From: Lepidodermella squamata
Lineage: Eukaryota > Animalia > Gastrotricha
Assembly: GCA_047495785.1 (NCBI GenBank)
Contig: JBLDXI010000023.1
Span: 1 to 64,000 of the forward strand
Direction: 5' to 3'
DNA: 64,000 nucleotides
In this document: one piece after another, positions 12,532 to 25,100 of the stretch
Position numbering within the stretch: the first letter of the stretch is position 1
Layout: each line of letters opens with the position of its first letter
The notes under the pieces: model-generated
The model's input: the letters and a program-made list of their open reading frames with translations, nothing else
Told to the model about the DNA's origin: nothing
The model's database searches: none
Made by a program: the position numbers and the translations under genes

Positions 12532-15500
12532 GTTCGGCGACTGCAGACGCTCCTCCTTTAAACTTCAATTCTTCGTCTTCTAATCTTCTCTCCCCTTGTA
12601 ATCTTTATCTATATGCTTATCATTTTCTTGAAGCCGTTCTGTATTTTGAAAGTTCCTCGACTTTGGGTTTAATCGATACTGGCGCTGTAGTTAGCGTCGT
12701 TACTCGATCTTTTGCTGTAAAAAATAATTTGAAAGTTGATGAGACATGGGCGCCTAAGCTCGCGACGGCGGGTGGCGATCGTCTTTTAGCTGTTGGTGTT
12801 TGTCAGGCCGATTTTTCATTTAAAGGCCAAAATTTGAAGCATCTTTTTGTCGTGGTTGAAGGTCTTGTAGGTCGTGATGTTATTCTTGGCCTCGATTTCT
12901 TGTATAAATTTGTACAATTCATTTCCTTATCCCCTAAAGGATTAGTTCTAAAAGGTTCCGCCGACCTGATTCAACTTAACTCGATAAATTTTGATTTAGC
13001 TGCGACTTGGGAATATCAACGTTTCCAAGCTAATGCTGGTGAGGTACTTTATTCGTTAAATTTTTCGCGTAATTTTTTGGGCGATGAGGCGTTGGAGCCT
13101 GCGCCTCATAGCCAAATGCCGATTTTGACGAATTATTCAGCAGTAGAATGGTCGTACTTACCGATTGAGGCGAAAGCTGGTGCATTGTTGAGTCACCGTG
13201 AATTTCGTTGTTTGCCTGATTCGTGTATTAATCATTTTTCGCTTGCTGCTTCGCCGTGTGGACACTCTAGTAAGGAGGGAGAACAGTGTCAAGCTGTAGG
13301 GGAAACCCGACCTCCGACTTTACCTGTTGTGTCTGGCGGTAAGATCGGTCAATCTGATTGTCGTTATCATGCACCATCCGGCGCTGTGAGTGAAGAAGCT
13401 AAATACGATTGGAAAATTGACATTGATGATCCTATCATGAAGGAAAAATTTTGTTCTTACCTTGATCAGAATCGTGATCTTTTCTCTGTGAATAAGTTTC
13501 AATTTGGAACTGTTAAGGGTTTTGTTTTCTCGATTGACACTGGCGATTCTAAGCCAATCAGAGCCCCTCGACAGCGTCAGAGCCTTGCGGAAGCCGAGTA
13601 CATTCAGCGAGAGACCGAGGAACAAGCTAAACACAATATTGTTCGTCCCTCCTCGTCTGATTGGCGCTCAGAAGCCTTTTGCGTTGATAAGGATCACGGC
13701 GCCGGGCTACGAATTGTTTACAATTATAAACCTCTAAATCGGGTGACAATTAAAGATTCTTACATTCCGCCGAGAATTGATGATTTGACAGATGCGATAG
13801 GTAAGGCTTCTGTGTTCGCAAAGATCGACCTTGCTAGCGGTTATTGGCAGGTGAAACTCGATGAGGAATCTATTCAAAAAACCGCATTTCGAACTAGGTC
13901 AAATTTGTGGGAATTTACGGTTTTACCATTTGGTGTCACAAATGCCCCAGCGTTTTTTTCAGCGAATGATGGATAAGGTACTCGACGGTTTGGCCTACAA
14001 AATTTGTGTAGATTACATCGATGACATTTTGATTTGGGCTGACTCACCTGAGCAACTTTTGGAACGAGTAGCACTGGTCCTAGAACGGTTGCGAACATAC
14101 GGCTTGACGGCGAAATTGTCGAAATGCGAGTTCGGTGTGAAAAGGGTCAAGTTTCTAGGTCATATTTTGACTGATCGTGGAATTGAACCTGATCCGGATA
14201 AGGTGAAGGCGATTTCTGAGTATGCGGTGCCAGATTCGAAGAAGAAAGTGCGAGCTTTTGTAGGTATGACCTCGTTTTTACGGAAATTTTGTCCAAATTA
14301 CGCTGAAATGGCTGCTCCATTGCATGAATTGGGGTCAGTGAAAGGCAAATTTGCGTGGAACGATGATTGCCAGCGGGCTTTTGAACTTTTGAAATCGAAA
14401 TTTTTATCGTTTCCTGTTCTCTCCAATCCTGATATGCGCGCGCCTTTTCGTCTTTACACTGATGCGAGCGATCGTGCGATCGGCGGGATGTTGTTGCAGG
14501 AACAAGGCGGTAAATTGCGCTTGATAGCTGCTGTTAGTCGCGTCTTATCTGCTGCTGAGCGTCGATATACCGTGACTGAGCGAGAAGCGTTGGCGGCCAA
14601 GTGGTGTATTTGCGACCAGTTTAGGATTTACCTTCAATTTCAGAGGTTTACTTTGGTTACAGACCATAAAGCTCTTCTTTGGCTGCACAATATGCGTGAT
14701 CCTACCAAGCGTGTGTGGCGTTGGATATTAGAGTTGCAAGACTACGAATTCGACGTCGTACATTGCGAGGGGGCGATGCAACTTGCTGATGCTCTAACGC
14801 GTTCCGAGAATTTTCCGGTTGATGATAGCGAGTCTCTTGAGAACCCTTTACCGGGAATGGTTTTGATTAATCATATCGATTTTCGGCAGGAGTTTTCTTT
14901 CGATAAACAGGCGTTTTTAGCTGCTCAGCTCTCCGACGACGAACTCGGCCCTGTTTTATCCAGGTTTAAGGAAGATTCTTCAGTGGTTCCCGATGCCAGT
15001 GATTTCCCTAATTGGAGATCGAAGTTGCTGCTGGCCAATTGGGATTCGATCGAATTTCTGGATGATGTGTTTCGTCTTCGGTTGCATGATGGCCGTAGGG
15101 TTGTGCTTCTTCCGTTGGCATTTCGGTATGAAGTCCTGTTGCAGTTTCACGAGGCGAAAGCATCCGCTCATTTTGCGACTCGTCGTACCTTGATTCGCCT
15201 GCGTTTGGCCTATTATTGGCCTGGTATGGCGTCTGATGTTCGTGTTTACGTTCAGGGTTGCGAACGTTGCATGGAGCGGAAGGCGACTACGAAGACTAAG
15301 GCGGCCCCTAATGAGCAACAGCTTCGTCCAACTGAGCCTTGGCAGGTAATTGCGATAGACGTCGTTGATCCTTTGCCCAGATCGAAACGGGGTAACCGTT
15401 ATATTTTGACGGTGGTTGATGCTTTTTCGAAGTGGGGTGAAGCTTTTCCACTTAATAATATGAAGGCTTCGGCCGTTATTCGTTGTCTAACCCATTTTTT

Positions 15501-16464
15501 CAGTCTTCATGGCTGGCCGGCTGTACTTTTGTCTGATAGGGGTTCACAGTTTGAGTCTAGGCTTGTTGCGGGTCTCTGCAAAATGTACGGGATTCAGAAA
15601 CGGCGTACGACGGCCTATTATCCCCAAGGCAATTCGTTTGTCGAGCGGCTTAATCGCACTGTTGGTGACATGTTGTCGGTGTACGCTGACAAGGACAAGA
15701 AGACGTGGGACGAGCATCTCGACATCGTCATGGCAGCTTATCGCTCGGTTGTTCATGAATCGCATGGACTCTCTCCTCACGAGGCGGCTACTGGTTTTCC
15801 TCCTCAGCATCCTGGGTTCTTCCTGGCTCCACCTGTTTTGGCAGCTGGTGTTGGTGCCGATGATTTGATCGCAAAACATGCTGAACGAATGGCGTCCACG
15901 TGTCGGACGGTTTGGGAGCGGGCAACGGTTGCGTTGGATAAGGCTTTGGCGGTTCGAAAGGAGCGTTTTCTGCGGAAAAGTCGGAAGCGGTCTTTTCAGA
16001 TTGGCGATTTGGTCAGGCGGGAGGTGCCGGTGCGTTCTGGTAAATTCGCAGATCGGTACGAGGGACCATTTCGTATTGTTGAGCTTCGCGGTCCTAATGT
16101 TGTGTCCATTTGGCGTCCGAACACTCCACTTTTACCTTTCACAATTAATGTTTCAAAACTTTTATATTGGCATGAACGAGTTGATTTACCTCTGAGTCCA
16201 GATGTTGTCAATGTTCCGATGATAGTGCCTGATGTTCCTATTCTGGTTTCTGATGTTATCGATCTTGGTTCTGTTTCTGCACCTTCAAATTCTGTTGTTC
16301 CTCAGCTTCCGCTGAAGATAATTCTCAAAAAGACAGATAGTGGTTGGAAACGGGTCGAGGATCTGATTCGCCCCAAATTGACTTTGCGCCTCAAGTTGCC
16401 TGTTACGCGTCCTCGTCGCGTCATCAATCTACCAGCAAAATTCAAAGATTATGATTTAACATGA
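12528..16464 (+). CDS. pol: Pol polyprotein (protease, RT, RNase H, integrase), split by a 1-nt frameshift at 13953-13959
   Basis: Protease LIDTGA; RT KIDLASGYWQ, LPFGVTNAPA and YIDD; RNase H LYTDASD; integrase HHCC, DDE core and GPF motif. ORFs 12663-13976 and 13861-16464 join as NAPAFFQRMM if one T is removed from a T7 run. Confidence 0.92.
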
Positions 16465-16761
16465 AGTTTTTGTGTGTTTTTCACTTACATTGGTTTTGGC
16501 CAGATCATTGTTGGTGGAGTTACCGCATCCGCTGGTGTTGGTTGTTAGATGTGATTGCGGTTTGGCAATTGGCGTTCATTGTTCTAATTCAAGTCGATCG
16601 CGTGCTGCTTCATTTTGTGCTGTTCTATTTTCACGGCAAGTTCGTGCAACCGTTTTCACGGCTGCGTTCGTCTTTGCGGCGAAGCGTTTGATCTTGATGA
16701 ACATATGTTGTTGTTGTGGTTTCGTGCACTGGTTTTGCCACCACGGCTTCCTCCACTTTCT

Positions 16762-16773
16762 AGGGCGGGGGAG
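16762..16773 (+). promoter_or_regulatory. Polypurine tract
   Basis: AGGGCGGGGGAG ends 2 nt before the 3' LTR. Confidence 0.85.
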
Positions 16774-16775
16774 TG

Positions 16776-17086
16776 TATAACGGCTCATCAGCCTTCAGCT
16801 TTGCCTCGAGTCAAGAATGCCCTGGCTCAACTTACCTTCGGATCCATAATTAATGTAAATATGTTATACATCCATGGAATTATAATAATTAATAATCTAA
16901 AAGAATATAAATAATAATTAATGTATATATATGTGAATACTTAATGAAAGATGTTATATTGTTATAGCGTGGAGAACCTGATTTGGGGTTCTGTTTAGGA
17001 AATAAAGATCAGTCTTGGCGGATTCAGCTTGAGTGTTACTTATAATTTAGTTATACTGAACCAGGTCACGGTAATAGACCGTTTTA
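16776..17086 (+). repeat. 3' LTR (311 bp)
   Basis: Matches the 5' LTR; followed by TSD TACCG, after which the satellite resumes in register. Confidence 0.93.
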
Positions 17087-17787
17087 TACCGGTCATCCGA
17101 ATTGTACGCGAATCGCCTGCAAACGTGTTTGCGCTTGCTGCCACTAACAAATAGAGCACGGCTATGCGTGATTTGCCCGGTTTCAGGATGATGCCGAACA
17201 TGGGCGACACGTGCAAGGGCTGCTAATAGCGATTCCAGCCAGTTTTGGCTGGCAGCGAAATACCGGTCATCCGAATTGTACGCGAATCGCCTGCACACGT
17301 GTTTGCGCTTGCTGCCACTAACAAATAGAGCACGGCTATGCGTGATTTGCCCGGTTTCAGGATGATGCCGAACATGGGCGACACGAGCAAGGGCTGCTAA
17401 TAGCGATTCCAGCCAGTTTTGGCTGGCAGCGAAATACCGGTCATCCGAATTGTACGCGAATCGCCTGCAAACGTGTTTGCGCTTGCTGCCACTAACGAAT
17501 AGAGCACGGCTATGCGTGATTTGCCCGGTTTCAGGATGATGCCGAACATGGGCGACACGTGCAAGGGCTGCTAATAGCGATTCCAGCCAGTTTTGGCTGG
17601 CAGCGAAATACCGGTCATCCGAATTGTACGCGAATCGCCTGCAAACGTGTTTGCGCTTGCTGCCACTAACGAATAGAGCACGGCTATGCGTGATTTGCCC
17701 GGTTTCAGGATGATGCCGAACATGGGCGACACGTGCAAGGGCTGCTAATAGCGATTCCAGCCAGTTTTGGCTGGCAGCGAAATACCG

Positions 17788-18098
17788 TATAACGGCTCAT
17801 CAGCCTTCAGCTTTGCCTCGAGTCAAGAATGCCCTGGCTCAACTTACCTTCGGATCCATAATTAATGTAAATATGTTATACATCCATGGAATTATAATAA
17901 TTAATAATCTAAAAGAATATAAATAATAATTAATGTATATATATGTGAATACTTAATGAAAGATGTTATATTGTTATAGCGTGGAGAACCTGATTTGGGG
18001 TTCTGTTTAGGAAATAAAGATCAGTCTTGGCGGATTCAGCTTGAGTGTTACTTATAATTTAGTTATACTGAACCAGGTCACGGTAATAGACCGTTTTA
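17788..18098 (+). mobile_element. Solo LTR 1 of the same Gypsy family
   Basis: 311 bp matching the LTRs, flanked by TACCG on both sides, with no PBS, PPT or internal sequence. Confidence 0.95.
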
Positions 18099-18799
18099 TA
18101 CCGGTCATCCGAATTGTACGCGAATCGCCTGCAAACGTGTTTGCGCTTGCTGCCACTAACGAATAGAGCACGGCTATGCGTGATTTGCCCGGTTTCAGGA
18201 TGATGCCGAACATGGGCGACACGAGCAAGGGCTGCTAATAGCGATTCCAGCCAGTTTTGGCTGGCAGCGAAATACCGGTCATCCGAATTGTACGCGAATC
18301 GCCTGCAAACGTGTTTGCGCTTGCTGCCACTAACGAATAGAGCACGGCTATGCGTGATTTGCCCGGTTTCAGGATGATGCCGAACATGGGCGACACGTGC
18401 AAGGGCTGCTAATAGCGATTCCAGCCAGTTTTGGCTGGCAGCGAAATACCGGTCATCCGAATTGTACGCGAATTGCCTGCAAACGTGTTTGCGCTTGCTG
18501 CCACTAACGAATAGAGCACGGCTATGCGTGATTTGCCCGGTTTCAGGATGATGCCGAACATGGGCGACACGTGCAAGGGCTGCTAATAGCGATTCCAGCC
18601 AGTTTTGGCTGGCAGCGAAATACCGGTCATCCGAATTGTACGCGAATCGCCTGCAAACGTGTTTGCGCTTGCTGCCACTAACGAATAGAGCACGGCTATG
18701 CGTGATTTGCCCGGTTTCAGGATGATGCCGAACATGGGCGACACGTGCAAGGGCTGCTAATAGCGATTCCAGCCAGTTTTGGCTGGCAGCGAAATACCG

Positions 18800-19110
18800 T
18801 ATAACGGCTCATCAGCCTTCAGCTTTGCCTCGAGTCAAGAATGCCCTGGCTCAACTTACCTTCGGATCCATAATTAATGTAAATATGTTATACATCCATG
18901 GAATTATAATAATTAATAATCTAAAAGAATATAAATAATAATTAATGTATATATATGTGAATACTTAATGAAAGATGTTATATTGTTATAGCGTGGAGAA
19001 CCTGATTTGGGGTTCTGTTTAGGAAATAAAGATCAGTCTTGGCGGATTCAGCTTGAGTGTTACTTATAATTTAGTTATACTGAACCAGGTCACGGTAATA
19101 GACCGTTTTA
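18800..19110 (+). mobile_element. Solo LTR 2 of the same Gypsy family
   Basis: 311 bp matching the LTRs, flanked by TACCG, exactly 1012 bp after solo LTR 1. Confidence 0.95.
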
Positions 19111-22100
19111 TACCGGTCATCCGAATTGTACGCGAATCGCCTGCAAACGTGTTTGCGCTTGCTGCCACTAACGAATAGAGCACGGCTATGCGTGATTTGC
19201 CCGGTTTCAGGATGATGCCGAACATGGGCGACACGAGCAAGGGCTGCTAATAGCGATTCCAGCCAGTTTTGGCTGGCAGCGAAATACCGGTCATCCGAAT
19301 TGTACGCGAATCGCCTGCAAACGTGTTTGCGCTTGCTGCCACTAACAAATAGAGCACGGCTATGCGTGATTTGCCCGGTTTCAGGATGATGCCGAACATG
19401 GGCGACACGTGCAAGGGCTGCTAATAGCGATTCCAGCCAGTTTTGGCTGGCAGCGAAATACCGGTCATCCGAATTGTACGCGAATTGCCTGCAAACGTGT
19501 TTGCGCTTGCTGCCACTAACGAATAGAGCACGGCTATGCGTGATTTGCCCGGTTTCAGGATGATGCCGAACATGGGCGACACGTGCAAGGGCTGCTAATA
19601 GCGATTCCAGCCAGTTTTGGCTGGCAGCGAAATACCGGTCATCCGAATTGTACGCGAATCGCCTGCACACGTGTTTGCGCTTGCTGCCACTAACGAATAG
19701 AGCACGGCTATGCGTGATTTGCCCGGTTTCAGGATGATGCCGAACATGGGCGACACGAGCAAGGGCTGCTAATAGCGATTCCAGCCAGTTTTGGCTGACA
19801 GCGAAATACCGGTCATCCGAATTGTACGCGAATCGCCTGCACACGTGTTTGCGCTTGCTGCCACTAACAAATAGAGCACGGCTATGCGTGATTTGCCCGG
19901 TTTCAGGATGATGCCGAACATGGGCGACACGAGCAAGGGCTGCTAATAGCGATTCCAGCCAGTTTTGGCTGGCAGCGAAATACCGGTCATCCGAATTGTA
20001 CGCGAATCGCCTGCAAACGTGTTTGCGCTTGCTGCCACTAACGAATAGAGCACGGCTATGCGTGATTTGCCCGGTTTCAGGATGATGCCGAACATGGGCG
20101 ACACGTGCAAGGGCTGCTAATAGCGATTCCAGCCAGTTTTGGCTGGCAGCGAAATACCGGTCATCCGAATTGTACGCGAATCGCCTGCAAACGTGTTTGC
20201 GCTTGCTGCCACTAACGAATAGAGCACGGCTATGCGTGATTTGCCCGGTTTCAGGATGATGCCGAACATGGGCGACACGTGCAAGGGCTGCTAATAGCGA
20301 TTCCAGCCAGTTTTGGCTGGCAGCGAAATACCGGTCATCCGAATTGTACGCGAATCGCCTGCAAACGTGTTTGCGCTTGCTGCCACTAACAAATGAAGCA
20401 CGGCTATGCGTGATTTGCCCGGTTTCAGGATGATGCCGAACATGGGCGACACGAGCAAGGGCTGCTAATAGCGATTCCAGCCAGTTTTGGCTGGCAGCGA
20501 AATACCGGTCATCCGAATTGTACGCGAATCGCCTGCAAACGTGTTTGCGCTTGCTGCCACTAACGAATAGAGCACGGCTATGCGTGATTTGCCCGGTTTC
20601 AGGATGATGCCGAACATGGGCGACACGTGCAAGGGCTGCTAATAGCGATTCCAGCCAGTTTTGGCTGCCAGCGAAATACCGGTCATCCGAATTGTACGCG
20701 AATCGCCTGCAAACGTGTTTGCGCTTGCTGCCACTAACAAATAGAGCACGGCTATGCGTGATTTGCCCGGTTTCAGGATGATGCCGAACATGGGCGACAC
20801 GAGCAAGGGCTGCTAATAGCGATTCCAGCCAGTTTTGGCTGCCAGCGAAATACCGGTCATCCGAATTGTACGCGAATCGCCTGCACACGTGTTTGCGCTT
20901 GCTGCCACTAACGAATAGAGCACGGCTATGCGTGATTTGCCCGGTTTCAGGATGATGCCGAACATGGGCGACACGAGCAAGGGCTGCTAATAGCGATTCC
21001 AGCCAGTTTTGGCTGCCAGCGAAATACCGGTCATCCGAATTGTACGCGAATCGCCTGCACACGTGTTTGCGCTTGCTGCCACTAACAAATAGAGCACGGC
21101 TATGCGTGATTTGCCCGGTTTCAGGATGATGCCGAACATGGGCGACACGAGCAAGGGCTGCTAATAGCGATTCCAGCCAGTTTTGGCTGGCAGCGAAATA
21201 CCGGTCATCCGAATTGTACGCGAATCGCCTGCAAACGTGTTTGCGCTTGCTGCCACTGACGAATAGAGCACGGCTATGCGTGATTTCTATGCGTGATTTG
21301 CCCGGTTTCAGGATGATGCCGAACATGGGCGACACGTGCAAGGGCTGCTAATAGCGATTCCAGCCAGTTTTGGCTGGCAGCGAAATACCGGTCATCCGAA
21401 TTGTACGCGAATCGCCTGCAAACGTGTTTGCGCTTGCTGCCACTAACGAATAGAGCACGGCTATGCGTGATTTGCCCGGTTTCAGGATGATGCCGAACAT
21501 GGGCGACACGTGCAAGGGCTGCTAGTAGCGATTCCAGCCAGTTTTGGCTGGCAGCGAAATGCCGGTCATCCGAATTGTACGCGAATCGCCCGCAAACGTG
21601 TTTGCGCTTGCTGCCACTAACGAATAGAGCACGGCTATGCGTGATTTGCCCGGTTTCAGGATGATGCCGAACATGGGCGACACGTGCAAGGGCTGCTATA
21701 GCGATTCCAGCCAGTTTTGGCTGGCAGCGAAATGCCGGTCATCCGAATTGTACGCGAATCGCCTGCAAACGTGTTTGCGCTTGCTGCCACTAACGAATAG
21801 AGCACAGCTATGCGTGATTTGCCCGGTTTCAGGATGATGCCGAACATGGGCGACACGTGCAAAGGCTGCTATAGCGATTCCAGCCAGTTTTGGCTGGCAG
21901 CGAAATGCCGGCCATCCGAATTGTACGCGAATCGCCTGCAAACGTGTTTGCGCTTGCTGCCACTAACGAATAGAGCACAGCTATGCGTGATTTGCCCGGT
22001 TTCAGGATGATGCCGAACATGGGCGACACGTGCAAGGGCTGCTATAGCGATTCCAGCCAGTTTTGGCTGGCAGCGAAATGCCGGTCATCCGAATTGTACG

Positions 22101-25100
22101 CGAATCGCCTGCAAACGTGTTTGCGCTTGCTGCCACTAACGAATAGAGCACGGCTATGCGTGATTTGCCCGGTTTCAGGATGATGCCGAACATGGGCGAC
22201 ACGTGCAAGGGCTGCTATAGCGATTCCAGCCAGTTTTGGCTGGCAGCGAAATGCCGGCCATCCGAATTGTACGCGAATCGCCTGCAAACGTGTTTGCGCT
22301 TGCTGCCACTAACGAATAGAGCACAGCTATGCGTGATTTGCCCGGTTTCAGGATGATGCCGAACATGGGCGACACGTGCAAGGGCTGCTATAGCGATTCC
22401 AGCCAGTTTTGGCTGGCAGCGAAATGCCGGTCATCCGAATTGTACGCGAATCGCCTGCAAACGTGTTTGCGCTTGCTGCCACTAACGAATAGAGCACGGC
22501 TATGCGTGATTTGCCCGGTTTCAGGATGATGCCGAACATGGGCGACACGTGCAAGGGCTGCTAATAGCGATTCCAGCCAGTTTTGGCTGGCAGCGAAATG
22601 CCGGCCATCCGAATTGTACGCGAATCGCCTGCAAACGTGTTTGCGCTTGCTGCCACTAACGAATAGAGCACGGCTATGCGTGATTTGCCCGGTTTCAGGA
22701 TGATGCCGAACATGGGCGACACGTGCAAGGGCTGCTATAGCGATTCCAGCCAGTTTTGGCAGGCAGCGAAATACCGGTCATCCGAATTGTACGCGAATCG
22801 CCTGCAAACGTGTTTGCGCTTGCTGCCACTAACGAATAGAGCACAGCTATGCGTGATTTATCCGGTTTCAGGATGATGCCGAACATGGGCGACACGTGCA
22901 AAGGCCCCTGATAGCGATTCCAGCCAGTTTTGGCTGGCAGCGAAATGCCGGCCATCCGAATTGTACGCGAATCGCCTGCAAACGTGTTTGCGCTTGCTGC
23001 CACTAACGAATAGAGCACGGCTATGCGTGATTTGCCCGGTTTTTCAGGATGATGCCGAACATGGGCGACACGTGCAAAGGCCCCTGATAGCGATTCCAGC
23101 CAGTTTTGGCTGGCAGCGAAATACCGGTCATCCGAATTGTACGCGAATCGCCTGCAAACGTGTTTGCGCTTGCTGCCACTAACGAATAGAGCACAGCTAT
23201 GCGTGATTTGCCCGGTTTCAGGATGATGCCGAACATGGGCGACACGTGCAAGGGCTGCTATAGCGATTCCAGCCAGTTTTGGCTGGCAGCGAAATGCCGG
23301 TCATCCGAATTGTACGCGAATCGCCTGCAAACGTGTTTGCGCTTGCTGCCACTAACGAATAGAGCACGGCTATGCGTGATTTGCCCGGTTTCAGGATGAT
23401 GCCGAACATGGGCGACACGTGCAAGGGCTGCAATAGCGATTCCAGCCAGTTTTGGCTGGCAGCGAAATACCGGTCATCCGAATTGTACGCGAATCGCCTG
23501 TAAACGTGTTTGCGCTTGCTGCCACTAACGAATAGAGCACGGCTATGCGTGATTTGCCCGGTTTCAGGATGATGCCGAACATGGGCGACACGTGCAAGGG
23601 CTGCTATAGCGATTCCAGCCAGTTTTGGCTGGCAGCGAAATACCGGTCATCCGAATTGTACGCGAATCGCCTGCAAACGTGTTTGCGCTTGCTGCCACTA
23701 ACGAATAGAGCACAGCTATGCGTGATTTGCCCGGTTTCAGGATGATGCCGAACATGGGCGACACGTGCAAGGGCTGCAATAGCGATTCCAGCCAGTTTTG
23801 GCTGGCAGCGAAATACCGGTCATCCGAATTGTACGCGAATCGCCTGTAAACGTGTTTGCGCTTGCTGCCACTAACGAATAGAGCACAGCTATGCGTGATT
23901 TGCCCGGTTTCAGGATGATGCCGAACATGGGCGACACGTGCAAGGGCTGCTATAGCGATTCCAGCCAGTTTTGGCTGGCAGCGAAATGCCGGTCATCCGA
24001 ATTGTACGCGAATCGCCTGCAAACGTGTTTGCGCTTGCTGCCACTAACGAATAGAGCACGGCTATGCGTGATTTGCCCGGTTTCAGGATGATGCCGAACA
24101 TGGGCGACACGTGCAAGGGCTGCCAATAGCGATTCCAGCCAATTTTGGCTGGCAGCGAAATGCCGGTCATCCGAATTGTACGCGAATCGCCTGCAAACGT
24201 GTTTGCGCTTGCTGCCACTAACGAATAGAGCACGGCTATGCGTGATTTGCCCGGTTTCAGGATGATGCCGAACATGGGCGACACGTGCAAGGGCTGCTAT
24301 AGCGATTCCAGCCAGTTTTGGCTGGCAGCGAAATGCCGGTCATCCGAATTGTACGCGAATCGCCTGCAAACGTGTTTGCGCTTGCTGCCACTAACGAATA
24401 GAGCACGGCTATGCGTGATTTGCCCGGTTTCAGGATGATGCCGAACATGGGCGACACGTGCAAGGGCTGCTATAGCGATTCCAGCCAGTTTTGGCTGGCA
24501 GCGAAATGCCGGTCATCCGAATTGTACGCGAATCGCCTGCAAACGTGTTTGCGCTTGCTGCCACTAACGAATAGAGCACGGCTATGCGTGATTTGCCCGG
24601 TTTCAGGATGATGCCGAACATGGGCGACACGTGCAAGGGCTGCTAATAGCGATTCCAGCCAGTTTTGGCTGGCAGCGAAATGCCGGTCATCCGAATTGTA
24701 CGCGAATCGCCTGCAAACGTGTTTGCGCTTGCTGCCACTAACGAATAGAGCACGGCTATGCGTGATTTGCCCGGTTTCAGGATGATGCCGAACATGGGCG
24801 ACACGTGCAAGGGCTGCCAATAGCGATTCCAGCCAATTTTGGCTGGCAGCGAAATGCCGGTCATCCGAATTGTACGCGAATCGCCTGCAAACGTGTTTGC
24901 GCTTGCTGCCACTAACGAATAGAGCACGGCTATGCGTGATTTGCCCGGTTTCAGGATGATGCCGAACATGGGCGACACGTGCAAGGGCTGCTAATAGCGA
25001 TTCCAGCCAGTTTTGGCTGGCAGCGAAATGCCGGCCATCCGAATTGTACGCGAATCGCCTGCAAACGTGTTTGCGCTTGCTGCCACTAACGAATAGAGCA

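Larger units (their letters stand above)
10661..17086 (+). mobile_element. Full-length Ty3/Gypsy LTR retrotransposon inserted in the satellite
   Basis: Two 311-bp LTRs that look identical by eye; 5-bp TSD TACCG (10656-10660, 17087-17091); PBS; PPT; gag with CCHC; pol in PR-RT-RH-IN order. Confidence 0.97.

Noticed and set aside
16461-16914. Possible env or third ORF after pol
   Set aside because: Only short hydrophobic ORFs from a T/G-rich 3' UTR of about 300 bp; too short for env.
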